Under the pieces are notes generated by a model that saw only the letters and a list, made by a program, of their open reading frames with translations, did no database searches and was not told the origin of the DNA. From assembly GCF_006345805.1 (NCBI RefSeq), contig NC_043015.1:30876001-30940000 (forward strand): a stretch of 64,000 nt of DNA, written 5' to 3'. Shown here piece by piece: positions 13,564 to 25,158 of the stretch. This DNA comes from Octopus sinensis (taxonomy: Eukaryota). Position numbers and translations under genes: made by a program. How positions within the stretch are numbered: position 1 is the stretch's first letter; every line of letters starts with the position of its first letter.

Positions 13564-15879
13564 TTTATGTTAAATGATCACATAAGGGTTCTTTCATTGT
13601 CTTGGCTGCCCACCTATAGATTCTATGCTGATTTGATGAAATCCATCCCTTCTTCAGCTACAGGCACTAGAGGAGTGGGAGTCAGCTTTACAAGCCAATG
13701 AAACACTCGGTCTGTTTTCTAGTGTTGCCACTGCTTACAGCAGCAAAACCAGTTTAGTAGATTGGGGCCAAAACAGTGCCAACGGCAAGATTTGAACTGC
13801 TAACTTCTTGTTTGGATGTTCAGTACTTTGTTGACATGCCCAGCTGCATTCTGGAACCGTGTAATGCTAATTTAACAGAATTCATCATCTTTACAGCAAG
13901 TGCCCCACCATATAGTATCTGTTTTCACTTAGCTAGACTGGGCCCTTAATGAGAGTCCAAAGTAGTGCTAGTGTTAGGACATGAATCACTGACTTTTCAG
14001 CATCTTTTGAACTGTCATGTTGCTGAAGATTGGGTTTTTAGATTTTCTTGCAAGCAACTCCTTCTAATCAGCCTCAAAAATTACTCCCTCATAGGATGTA
14101 GATGAAAAGAGAGTATTTTTTAATCAGAATATGGAGGAAAAAAAATGTCAACTGTTTATGATATATTTTGAATGCCTAAAGTAAAAGAATTCTTTGGATA
14201 AATACATGGCTTCCGTAAAAGGAAATTCCAGACTCTACAATTTGGTACATAGAGAAAACACAAAGAAAAGTCACAAAAAGAAGCCCCACCCCATCTGTAA
14301 GTCAGTATTTTAGTGAGTGTTGTGTAACAAGATAGTGTGTGTGTGTGTTGCTATTTTTAAACTACTTTAGATCATTCGTCTCTCTTACCTACACTCAAAA
14401 GTAATTTTTATAAACCTATCAAATTTGTTTCCCAAGACACTCTGCTGCTGCTATTATTATTATTATTATTATTGTTATTGTTATGATTGTTGTTGTTGTT
14501 GTTTGGAATTGGGGCAGTGGATTTGCAGAAATGTTAAGAACATCTGACAAAATACCTAAGGGTATTTATTCTAACTCTTTACATTCCAAGATCAACTTTG
14601 CCTATCACTCTTCTGGGGCCAATAAAATAATTACCAGTCAAGTGCTGGGTCAATATAACTGTTCCCCTGCCCCCCCATTTCGAATTTCTAATCTTGTGCC
14701 TATATTAGAAATTACCATTATTGCTAAGACAGTGAGTTGGCAGAATTGTTATCACACCACAGAAGAAAAATAAAATGAGTAGCATCATTATTTTTTTTTT
14801 TTTGCTCCGAGTTCAAATATTGCTGAGGTTGACGTTGCCTGTCGTCTTTTCAAGGTTGATAAAGTACCAAATGAATACTGGACTCGAGTGACTCAACTCC
14901 CCCTCCCCTCAAAATTGCTGGTCTTGTGCCAAATTTTAAAGCCATTATCATTATTGAGGATAAGGTACTTTCCCTAGTGGCAAGCTGGCAGAATTGTTAA
15001 CCCATCAGATGAAATGTTTAGCAGCATTTTGCCTGTTTTACGTTCTGTGTTCAAATTCCACTGAAGTCGACTTTGCCTTTCATCTTTTTTGGTGGTGGTG
15101 AGGGGGTTCAATAAAATAAGTACCAGTTGACTACTTGGGGTGATGTATTTGACTTACTCCCTTCCCCGGAATTGCTGGCCTTGTGCCAAAATTTGAAATC
15201 ATTATCATCATTATTATTATTATTATTATTGTGCTGATGTTCAGAATATTATTATCTAGAGCTGGTACCATGATGAAATGCACCCACTTCACTCACTTAA
15301 ATAGTTTACAAAAGAAAGGCATCAAGAATTTGATAAGATGCTAAAATTGGAGTGTTTGGGGAACAGATGGTTCTTGGGGAAGGTGGTGGCTCCAAGTGAG
15401 GATTGATTCAGTCCGGGGTAGCCTATCCGACCCCTGCTAGTATGCAAAAGTGAATGTAAAAACGATCATGATGAGTTGTCAGCATCAGTTGTTTTTTTTT
15501 ATATAGTTTTTGGAAAATATTGGATTACTTTTGAAGCCAAATGTTTTGTTTTAGAATCATTTTTGTGTAAAACTTTTATATAAGAGCTGGGTGAGGAATC
15601 TTTCTTTGAGGAAGGACAGACTTTATACTTTGGCGTAAAATATTTTTTCTTTACTGTCAATGTTTGAAAATTAATTGTAAGTATGGCTTCTACTGAGACA
15701 GTGTGGATGGTGGGCTCTCTTGAAGATGGTAGTAATGAAATATAGCGGACAGATTTTTGAAAAAAGATGAACAGAAAGAGAAAATGGTGATTGCATGGAC
15801 ACATTTGCAGAAACAGACAATTACACCTTGATACATACAAGTGGCAACAGCCAAAATTTCATTAACAGCTTGCCAGTAG

Positions 15880-16172
15880 CATCATCATCATCATCATCAT
15901 CGTTTAACGTCCATTCTCCATGCTAGCATGGGTTGGGCGGTTTGACCGGGGATCTGGGAAGCCAGGAGGCTGCGCCAGGCTCCAGTCTGATCTGGCAGTG
16001 TTTCTACAGCTGGATGCCCTTCCTAAACGCCAACCACTCCGTGAGTGTAGTGGGTGCTTTTTACGTGCCACCTGCACAGGGGCCAGAGGAGGCTGGCAAC
16101 AGCCACGATTGGATTGGTGCATTTTATGTGCCACCGGCACAGAAGCCAGTCTAGGCGGCGCTGGCATCGGCC
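15880..16172 (-). mobile_element. RTE-tailed (GAT)n element
   Basis: Same family. Further copies at about 16496-16686 (-), 22481-22760 (-), 27085-27304 (+), 33419-33717 (-), 54062-54338 (+), 56226-56354 (+), 60531-60821 (-); decayed copies near 6235, 11940, 17720, 28790, 39420. Confidence 0.85.
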
Positions 16173-16992
16173 ACAAAACCTTGTTGGATATAAGTTAACT
16201 TCAGGGAGAAAAAAAGTCCCCAAAAGATGAGAATGCTTTGTCACAAAAGACGATACTTTCTTGTCCAAAGATTTCGTTCAGGAAAGGACAAGGTAGTAAG
16301 GGAAGTGACATTTTTCTGTTTCTTCTAGAAAGAAAAGAGATTTCTAGATGTTCACAAATGAGCAATTGGAAGAAGCTGTGGCTAATATGTGGAATGATAT
16401 CCTTTCCATAGACCAGAGTTGGGTGTGTAGTTCTTTAAACCTGGAAATGAGGTGAAGCAAAAGGAGTTGATGTTTCATGCACTAAGGCTGGTACTCATCA
16501 TCATCATCATCGTTTAGCGTCCGCTTTCCATGCTGGCATGGGTTGGACGGTTCAACTGGGGTCTGAGAAGCCAGAAGGCTGCACCAGGCCCAGTCTGATC
16601 TGGCAATGTTTCTACGCCTGGATGCCCTTCCTAACGCCAACCACTCCGTGAGTGTAGTGAGTGCTTTTTACGCGCCACCGGCACAGCTATTAATACGAAA
16701 TAAGAATAAATAAAGAGGGAGTTTGGTAGTGAGATGAGAAAGGCCTTCTGGTTGAGTTTCCCCTGGAGTGTCTGAGATATATAATCCTATAAGCCTACAT
16801 ACAATTCTCAACCTCATCATAGAAACCCATAATCACACCAGTTTGCTTATTGCTGTTTGTGCTTTACCAAAACTCTGAAGAAGTAAAGAATTTTTGGCAT
16901 ACATTGATATGCATTAAATAGAGAGGCTTAGAAATAGATTTCATCGATATTAAATTTCATAAGTTTAAAATTTAAAGTTTCTACCTATTTCG

Positions 16993-17198
16993 TTAACTCT
17001 TTAGCATTTAAATTATTCTGTTAATTTATTCATATTGTTTTGAATTAATTCTGCATTATCTCATAACTTCAAGATGTGATTGTATATTTTTAGAATGGCA
17101 TTGTAGGGTTAGGTGTGAGAGGTTGGATCTGACCAGTCTGAACATAAAAGAGACAGTGTCTTGGACAGCTGTGGTCATTTTAAATGCTAAAGGGTTAA
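16993..17198. mobile_element. piggyBac-type MITE, family B
   Basis: TTAACTCTTTAGCATTTAAA...TTTAAATGCTAAAGGGTTAA. Confidence 0.8.
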
Positions 17199-17358
17199 AT
17201 TCATTCATTACGCTAGAAATATTTTTTGATAAAAGCAAATTAATGGCTTGTCTGATTTTCGTATGATTGTGTCTGAAAATATGTTTACTTACCATACACA
17301 GTTCACTCTTTAAATTAATTAACCTGTGTTTCTGATTAGTTAAAACAACTTCATGATC

Positions 17359-17705
17359 ATTATTTACATTCGACGGATATTTGTCCTCATTTTGTTTGTT
17401 GTAACCACTACGCCATATGCCCATGGGCATATGGTGTAGTGGTTAAGAGCATGGGTTACTAACCCCAAGATTCCAAGTTCGAATCCAAGCAGCGACCTGA
17501 ATAATAACAATAATAATAATTATAATAATAATAACATCAAAAAATACCTTAGGAATGAGAATCCAGGTTCAAAATTTCCCCAAGACACCCGAAGAAGGCT
17601 GGAGGGTATATCAGCCGAAATGTTGTGTTAACAACAAAGAAGATGACAAATATCCATCGAATGTAAATAATGTACATAATTCCTCATCTCTTAAATATAG
17701 AACTG
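17359..17705 (+). mobile_element. tRNA-headed SINE with a hammerhead-bearing Penelope-type tail, preceded by an inverted, internally deleted partner
   Basis: A box TGGTGTAGTGG (17432-17442), B box AGTTCGAATCC (17476-17486), (AAT)n spacer, hammerhead. The insertion is flanked by the 12-bp direct repeat AACTTCATGATC (17347-17358 and 17706-17717). Confidence 0.75.
17584..17629 (+). ncRNA. minimal type I hammerhead ribozyme motif, mutated copy of the same family
   Basis: GACAC-CCGAAGA-A-GGCUG-GAGGGUAUAU-CAGCC-GAAA-UGUU-GUGUU. Stems match the 45710-45755 copy; U4>C and C15.2>U. Confidence 0.6.
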
Positions 17706-18242
17706 AACTTCATGATCCTTAGAAGTAATTTGGGGTTCTTGGGCTGGAGCCTGGTACAGCTCTCTGGCTTACCAGTTCCAGTCAAACTGTTGTACCCATT
17801 CTGGCATGGAAAATAGATGCTAAATGATGATGATGTTACATGTGGCTGTGTGGTAAGTAGCTTGCTTACGAACCACATGGTTCCGGGTTCAGTCACACTG
17901 CGTGGCACCTTGGGCAAGTGTCTTCTACTATAGCCTTGGGCCAACAAAAAGCCTTGTGGATTTGGTAGACGGAAACTAAAAGAAGCCTGTCGTGTATATG
18001 TGTGTGTGTGTGTGTATGTGTCTGTCCCCCCAACATTGCTTGACAACCAATGCTGGTGTGTTTACGTCCCCGTAACTTAGCGGTTTGGTAAAAGAGACCT
18101 ATAGAATAAGTACTAGGCTTACAAAGAATAAGTCCTGGAATCAATTTGCTCGACTAAAAGGCGGTGCTCCAGCATGGCCACAGTCAAATGACTGAAACGA
18201 GTAAAAGAATAATATATGTATATATATATGATGATGATGATG

Positions 18243-18277
<35 letters not shown>

Positions 18278-18820
18278 GAATTGCATGTGTGTATGTATAT
18301 TGCTGGCACCTCCAACTTCCAGCTGTCTCTCAAAGCCTTAGCTTAGCTGTCAGATCACTTATATATCTCTGTAGCATCATCTCAAATAAGGCTGCTTATT
18401 TTTACACACTTTCCTTCCTTTTCCTACCGAATTTTTTTTCTCTCATCCCTCACCTAATTTTTTTGGTAATTTTTATATTATATATTGTTATCTATTTATT
18501 TAGCTGTATTTTTTCTATTGCAGTCTGTGTGTGCTTTGGGAAAGGGGTTATCTACAACTCCTTTTTTTTGTTTATATTTACTAAGGTTTCTTTGTCTGTA
18601 GCACCCTTGATAAGGGGTGCTACATGCAGGTATTTTGGTGATCATTTTTAGCTTAAATCCTACACAAAAAATAAATTGGGGTATACCTTACCTGTAAAAG
18701 CATGAAAACAATAAAAAAAAGAGATGTTTCTCTCTGTGCGTGTATTCATTATGTAGTCTTTACCGTTTTCACCATAAAAGTAATTCCTGTTTAGGAAATT
18801 AAACATATTAGAAATACAGA

Positions 18821-20044
18821 TGTGTGTGTGTGTGTGTGTGTGTGCAGTTTTTGGGTAGATGTTTGCAAAGATTTTAGGTAAGTAGATTGCGAATAATAAT
18901 GGTCTCAAATTTTTGGCACAAGGCCAGCAATTTCAGGGAAGGATCTAAGTCAATTATATTGACCCCAGTGATCAACCAGTACTTATGTTATTGACCCCGA
19001 AAGGATGCGAAGCAAAGTCGGCCTTGCCAGAATTTGAACTCAAAATATAAGGACAGACAAAGTGCCACTAAGCATTTTGCTTAGCATGCTATCAATTCTG
19101 CCAGTTTGCTGCCTTTGTACATTGTGAACAGTAATAATAATAATAATAATAATAATAAGCCTGAAATTTTGGGGGAGGGAGATAGTCAATTACATCGACC
19201 CCAGTACTCAACCGGTACTTAATTTAACGACCTGAAAGGAGAAAGGATGAAAGGCAAAGTCAACTTTGGTGGAATTTGAACTTGGAATATAAGGACAGAC
19301 AAAATGCTGTGAAGCATTTTGCCTGGTATGCTAACAGTTCTGCCAGCTCGCTACCTTGGCACAAGGGCTGAAATTTTTGGGGAGGCAGGGCTACTCAATA
19401 TCATTGACCCTGTTACTTGACTGGTCCTTCATTTTATCAACCTTAGAGAACAAAGTTGACCCTGGTGGGGGTTTGGACTCAAGAATGTAAAGAGCCAAAA
19501 CATTCCAGTTTTCTAATGATCTTGCCAGCTCACTACCTTAATAATAATAGTTCAAATTTTGGCACAAGGCCTGCAATTTTGAAAGAAGCAGCTTAGTATT
19601 ACCACCAATCCTAGTATTTGTGCAATACTTAGTTATACATCCTGGAGGGATGAAATGCTAAGATTGACCTTGGCGGGATTTGAAGTCAACCTGTAACCAG
19701 CTGAAAAAATACTGTAAAGCATTTCTTTCAACACTCTAATGATTAAAAAGGCCAGCAATTTTGGAAGAGGTCACCTAAGTAATAAAAGCTTTCAACTATT
19801 TCTTGGGAGCCATCTGAGCTTTGAGAGCATCTATTTCCCAGTTGCATTTCCTTTTACGACATGGACACGTGTCCCTATTCTAAAATACAAGGGTGCATAT
19901 GACAGCAAAATTGGCCTCAGTAGTATTCCAACTGGATGTAAATAATATTGCTTGGCATTTTGTCTGACCAGTAGATGTGACAGTCCATTGCTTTTGTACA
20001 TCTCTCTCTCTCATATATATATATATATTATATATATATATATA

Positions 20045-20077
<33 letters not shown>

Positions 20078-21228
20078 CAGTTTTTGGGTAGATGTTTGCA
20101 AAGATTTTAGGTAAGTAGATTGCGAATAATAATGGTCTCAAATTTTTGGCACAAGGCCAGCAATTTCAGGGAAGGATCTAAGTCAATTATATTGACCCCA
20201 GTGATCAACCAGTACTTATGTTATTGACCCCGAAAGGATGCGAAGCAAAGTCGGCCTTGCCAGAATTTGAACTCAAAATATAAGGACAGACAAAGTGCCA
20301 CTAAGCATTTTGCTTAGCATGCTATCAATTCTGCCAGTTTGCTGCCTTTGTACATTGTGAACAGTAATAATAATAATAATAATAATAATAAGCCTGAAAT
20401 TTTGGGGGAGGGAGATAGTCAATTACATCGACCCCAGTACTCAACTGGTACTTAATTTAACGACCCTGAAAGGATGAAAGGCAAAGTCAACTTTGGTGGA
20501 ATTTGAACTTGGAATATAAGGACAGACAAAATGCTGTGAAGCATTTTGCCTGGTATGCTAACAGTTCTGCCAGCTCGCTACCTTGGCACAAGGGCTGAAA
20601 TTTTTGGGGAGGCAGGGCTACTCAATATCATTGACCCTGTTACTTGACTGGTCCTTCATTTTATCAACCTTAGAGAACAAAGTTGACCCTGGTGGGGGTT
20701 TGGACTCAAGAATGTAAAGAGCCAAAACATTCCAGTTTTCTAATGATCTTGCCAGCTCACTACCTTAATAATAATAGTTCAAATTTTGGCACAAGGCCTG
20801 CAATTTTGAAAGAAGCAGCTTAGTATTACCACCAATCCTAGTATTTGTGCAATACTTAGTTATACATCCTGGAGGGATGAAATGCTAAGATTGACCTTGG
20901 CGGGATTTGAAGTCAACCTGTAACCAGCTGAAAAAATACTGTAAAGCATTTCTTTCAACACTCTAATGATTAAAAAGGCCAGCAATTTTGGAAGAGGTCA
21001 CCTAAGTAATAAAAGCTTTCAACTATTTCTTGGGAGCCATCTGAGCTTTGAGAGCATCTATTTCCCAGTTGCATTTCCTTTTACGACATGGACACGTGTC
21101 CCTATTCTAAAATACAAGGGTGCATATGACAGCAAAATTGGCCTCAGTAGTATTCCAACTGGATGTAAATAAATATTGCTTGGCATTTTGTCTGACCAGT
21201 AGATGTGACAGTCCATTGCTTTTGTACA

Positions 21229-21260
<32 letters not shown>

Positions 21261-21275
21261 TATATATATATATAT

Positions 21276-21306
<31 letters not shown>
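18821..21306. repeat. 1.23 kb near-perfect tandem duplication
   Basis: 18845-20000 recurs at 20078-21230 (offset 1233, then 1227); units are delimited by (TC)n(TA)n(TG)n tracts. Confidence 0.93.
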
Positions 21307-22790
21307 CTTTTACTCTTTTACTTGTTTCAGTCGTTTGACTGCAGCCATGCTAGAGCACCGCCTTTAATCGAGCAACTCGACCCCGGGACTTATTCTTTTG
21401 TAAGCCCAGTACTTATTCTATTGGTCTCTTTTGCCGAACCGCTAAGCAACGGGGACATAAACACACCAAATGCTAGGGGGACAAACACAGACACACAAAC
21501 ACATATATATATACATATATACGACGGGCTTCTTTCAGTTTCCGTCTACCAAATCCACTCACAAGGCTTTGGTCGGCCCGAGGCTATAGTAGAAGACACT
21601 TGCCCAAGGTGCCACGCAGTGGGACTGAACCCGGAGCCATGTGGTTGGTAAACAAGCTACTTACCACACAGCCACTCCTGCGTCTGTGTGTGTAATAAGT
21701 GTAAATGTTGAAAGATGTACTATAGCATTCTTATTTTCATTTTGTGTCTATTTTTCTATGCTGGCAAGGATGAGATCAGTACTTATTTAAGGAAGTACTC
21801 TTATGACTAGATTCCCTTCCTGCTGTCAAGCCTTTCCTATTCTACAAGTTATGGATTTTTTTTATTCCACTCCTTTAAGAATGCAGAGCTATGGAATTTA
21901 ATGTTTACCATTATTTGCTCAGACAACTTATTTACACACACACAAAACATTTTGTCTGTCTGTCCATCCAAGCAACCAACGACAGGCTTCTCTGCAGTTT
22001 CCATCTACCAATTTTGACTCATAAGGTATTGGTTGGCTTTAGGCAATACTAAAAGTCACTTGCTCATGGTGCTATGCTGTAGAGGAACTAAACCCAAAAC
22101 ACAAAGCTGTGAAGCAAATTCTTTAACCATAGAGCTACCAAAAAAAAAAAAAAATTTCAGTAATTAGTATCCGAGTGAATTTTCTAGAAACTCTTGCGCT
22201 GTATATTCTTACCTGGCACTGAGTCATGCATTCGTTCTCTGTTAAAGTGTCAGGCAGCAGTACTGAAATTAATGCTACCTTACACATCTCAGCATCATTT
22301 TCCTTCATCCTTACTCTGTTTCCTTTTCATCTTATCCTTCCCTCCTTTCTGCCCCCTTTTTCTTTTTTTACTTCTTACTATTTCTTTAATTTTGTTTTTA
22401 CTCTTTTCTTTTCCCTTTAAATTGATTGCCCTATTCCCCTACTCTTTCAATATTTTCATTTTTCCTATTCTACTTTTGTCTCATCATCATCATCATCATA
22501 TAACGTCCGCTTTCCATGCTAGCATGGGTTGGACGATTTTGACTGAGGATGGCGAACCAGATGGCTGCACCAAGCTCCAGTCTTGATCTGGTAGAGTTTC
22601 TACAGCTGGATGCCCTTCCTAACACCAACCACTCCGAGAGTGTAGTGGGTGCTTTTTACATGCCACCTGCACGAGGGCCAGTCAGGCGATACTGGCAATG
22701 ACCTCGCTCGAATCTTTTTACATGTGCCACTGGCACAGGTGCCAGTGAAGCGACGTTGGCACCTGTCTCCTCTATGTCATTCCCCACAAC

Positions 22791-23320
22791 TGTGAGGTGG
22801 TATAAAAAGGTTCCCAGACTGTTTAATAAAAAAATAACTTATTTACCTAAGTTTTAACATCTCCTTTGAAATAGTTACCTTGCACAGGAATACCCTGGTC
22901 CCAGAATTCCTGCCACTTTTGGAATCTGGTCTGAAGTAAGTTTCTGTAAGCGAATCGGAGACCTTCTGCAATTTGCTCTGGATCTCAACAGTAGTGCTAA
23001 AACAGTGTCCTTTGAGCTGCATATTCATCTTGGAAAGAGATGGAAGCCTAAAGGTGTTAAATCTGGCAAACAGGGCTGTTGTGGAAGTGATACCATGATT
23101 TTTGGCAAGAAACTTATTAGTGAGGAGAGCTTGGTGACAGGATGGATTGTTGTTGTGAAAAATCCAATCCTTCATGCTCCACAGATCAGGTCGCTTTCAC
23201 CAAATGTTCTCCCTCAAACGATTCAAAACGTCACAGTAGAACTCTTGATCGACTGTCTGTCCCTGAGGGACAAATTCTCAATGCACAATACCTCATGTCT
23301 TCTAGATCACTCATCTTCCA
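22791..23320 (-). mobile_element. mariner transposase 3' remnant with a terminal-repeat relic
   Basis: Minus strand GIVH*EFVPQGQTVDQEFYCDVL...WIFHNNNPSCHQALLTNKFLAKN...MQLKGHCF, followed by a TIR-like GAGGTGGTATAAAAAGGTTCCCAGACT near 22794. Confidence 0.8.
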
Positions 23321-23779
23321 GGGACATTTTCCCACTTGAAACATTGTGTATGGCCCATTGCCTCATCGCTGTAAGCTTGCTGAAGCATGCTCAATATCCC
23401 TGTAGCATCATCACAATCCTCATCATTATCATTACCATATATACATATAGTGGCATACATACACTTTTGGTCTCCTGTATATATATGTATATACACACAC
23501 ATGTATGCATCTTTTGTGTATCTAGCCCGAAGTTTGTTTATTTGTATTATTAACTCTTCTTTCTCTCTCTCTCTCTCTCTCATTCTATGTATGTATGTAT
23601 GTGTGAGGACAACCAGATCGAACCATCTGAAGTGTAACTGTCTGAAATGGTTGTGACTTCTGGTACTTGACTGAAGAGAGAAAGCCAAGAATGACCAGTT
23701 TTTTTTGCCTGTCCTTCTAATTGTTGTTTTTCTTGGCCTGCGTTTTTGTTCCATTTATTTATTTATATATATATTCATC

Positions 23780-24465
23780 GGCTCCAGCTCATACCTGAGC
23801 ATTGGGTTTGTCTCGTCAGTTTCCATCCAGTCTCCTTGGCTGATGTTTGTGCTGAAAGTGATTTTGGAGTCAAAGTTGGTGGTGAAAGAGTTGTGGGCAG
23901 AACTCGCACGGGATGGTCGGTGCAGGTTGAAGATGTTGAAGACACTCCTTCCTTCACCTGCATTTTGCCTCCATATTCCATTGTCTGTTCTGTTCGACAG
24001 AGCTGGCTCCATTGCGGATAGCAGTCCTCCAGGCTGTCCTATCCACGGCAATCTGTTCCCATGAGAATGGCTGGATGTTAGCTTGAGCCAAGGTCTATTT
24101 GAGCTGGTCTTTAACCCTTTCATTACCAACCCGTCCGAAACCGCCTCTGGCTCTGAGTATAAATGTCTTGTTTTCTTAGGTTTTGAATTAAAATCTTCCA
24201 CCAAAGCTTAGTCACAATTTATGTTACTGACACTAGCTTAATGATAACTAAGTTATTTTTCTAAATTCTTCGTCATATTTAAAATAATTGAAAGAAACAC
24301 AGAGCATCTCAAAATAAATACGGTAATGAAAGGGTTAAAACGGAATTTTGGATCTCCTCTGGGTTTTGGTCTGATTGCAAGTTTTCTGTAGAGTATGATC
24401 CTTGGGAGACGAGAGGGCTCTATACGCTGGATGTGATCTGCCCAGTGGAGATGATGACGAAGAAT
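23780..24465 (-). mobile_element. RTE/BovB-like LINE 3' end split by a MITE
   Basis: ILRHHLHWADHIQRIEPSRLPRIILYRKL...KFRFK|DQLK*TLAQANIQPFSWEQIAVDRTAWR...CEFCPQLFHHQL*LQNH (C-terminal zinc-finger-like motif). Confidence 0.85.
24111..24338. mobile_element. piggyBac-type MITE, family A
   Basis: TTAA|CCCTTTCATTACC...GGTAATGAAAGGG|TTAA, a perfect terminal inverted repeat with duplicated TTAA. Confidence 0.9.
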
Positions 24466-24799
24466 GTACTTTTACCTTGTCATTGGGTACATGGGTTTGA
24501 TTCCTGGATCAGGTGGTGTTTCAAGTTCTCGAACAAGGAACTGAATTTCATGTTGCTCCACTTTACTCAGCTGATGCTGGGGCATCTGTCTCTCCTTCCA
24601 GCTGCCACATTCTCAATGTTCCATTGGATTATGGGTGGCAGAGCTGAGAGATTTGACTACAGTGAGCAAAAGTACGATATATGCTATCGGGTCATTTGTA
24701 TTTGTGAGTGTTGGGTGCAGTGGTTTTTTTTGTTGAAATGCATACTTGTGTATGTTTGTACATACCTGCATATATATATATATATATATACATACATAC

Positions 24800-25110
24800 A
24801 CATACACACATAAAATAAGGATAAAAATCACATTAATGATAATTATTAGGTAGTCAGCATGGAAATAAGCAATTTATATATTAAATTAATAATTATATAT
24901 ATATCCCTACATATCTTGCATCTATTTTCTTTCCTCCACCTCACTCTCTATTTTATATCACATCTAAACTAACTATAACTTAACCATCCTCTCACACTGT
25001 CTCCGATGAAGGGATATAATTGATAAATATCCTGGAAACAGCTGTAAGATCTTCTATCTATAAATGTTCTAATATCTACATAGCCTTGCTTTTTTTTTTA
25101 ACTCATTACG
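24800..25110 (+). mobile_element. probable Penelope-like terminal-repeat remnant embedded in (TA)n tracts
   Basis: AT-rich unit bounded by (TA)n and carrying the 24997-25050 hammerhead motif. Family assignment is inferred from the motif. Confidence 0.4.
24997..25050 (+). ncRNA. minimal type I hammerhead ribozyme motif, second family
   Basis: GUCU-CCGAUGA-A-GGGAUAU-(loop)-AUAUCCU-G-GAAA-CAGCUG-UA-AGAU: palindromic ACAGCUGU stem III, GUA triplet, stem I GUCU/AGAU; U4>C. Confidence 0.55.
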
Positions 25111-25122
25111 CAAAATTATTCT

Positions 25123-25158
<36 letters not shown>

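Noticed and set aside
15920-16198. Recurrent ORFs such as MLAWVGRF..., ...DLAVFLQLDALPNANHS and MLGGQTQT... across the window
   Set aside because: These are translations of SINE-like repeat copies, not genes.
16348-16455. Short ORF MFTNEQLEEAVANMWNDILSIDQSW with splice-like ends
   Set aside because: Too short to assign; faintly resembles a Tc1 C-terminus and is more likely decayed transposon.
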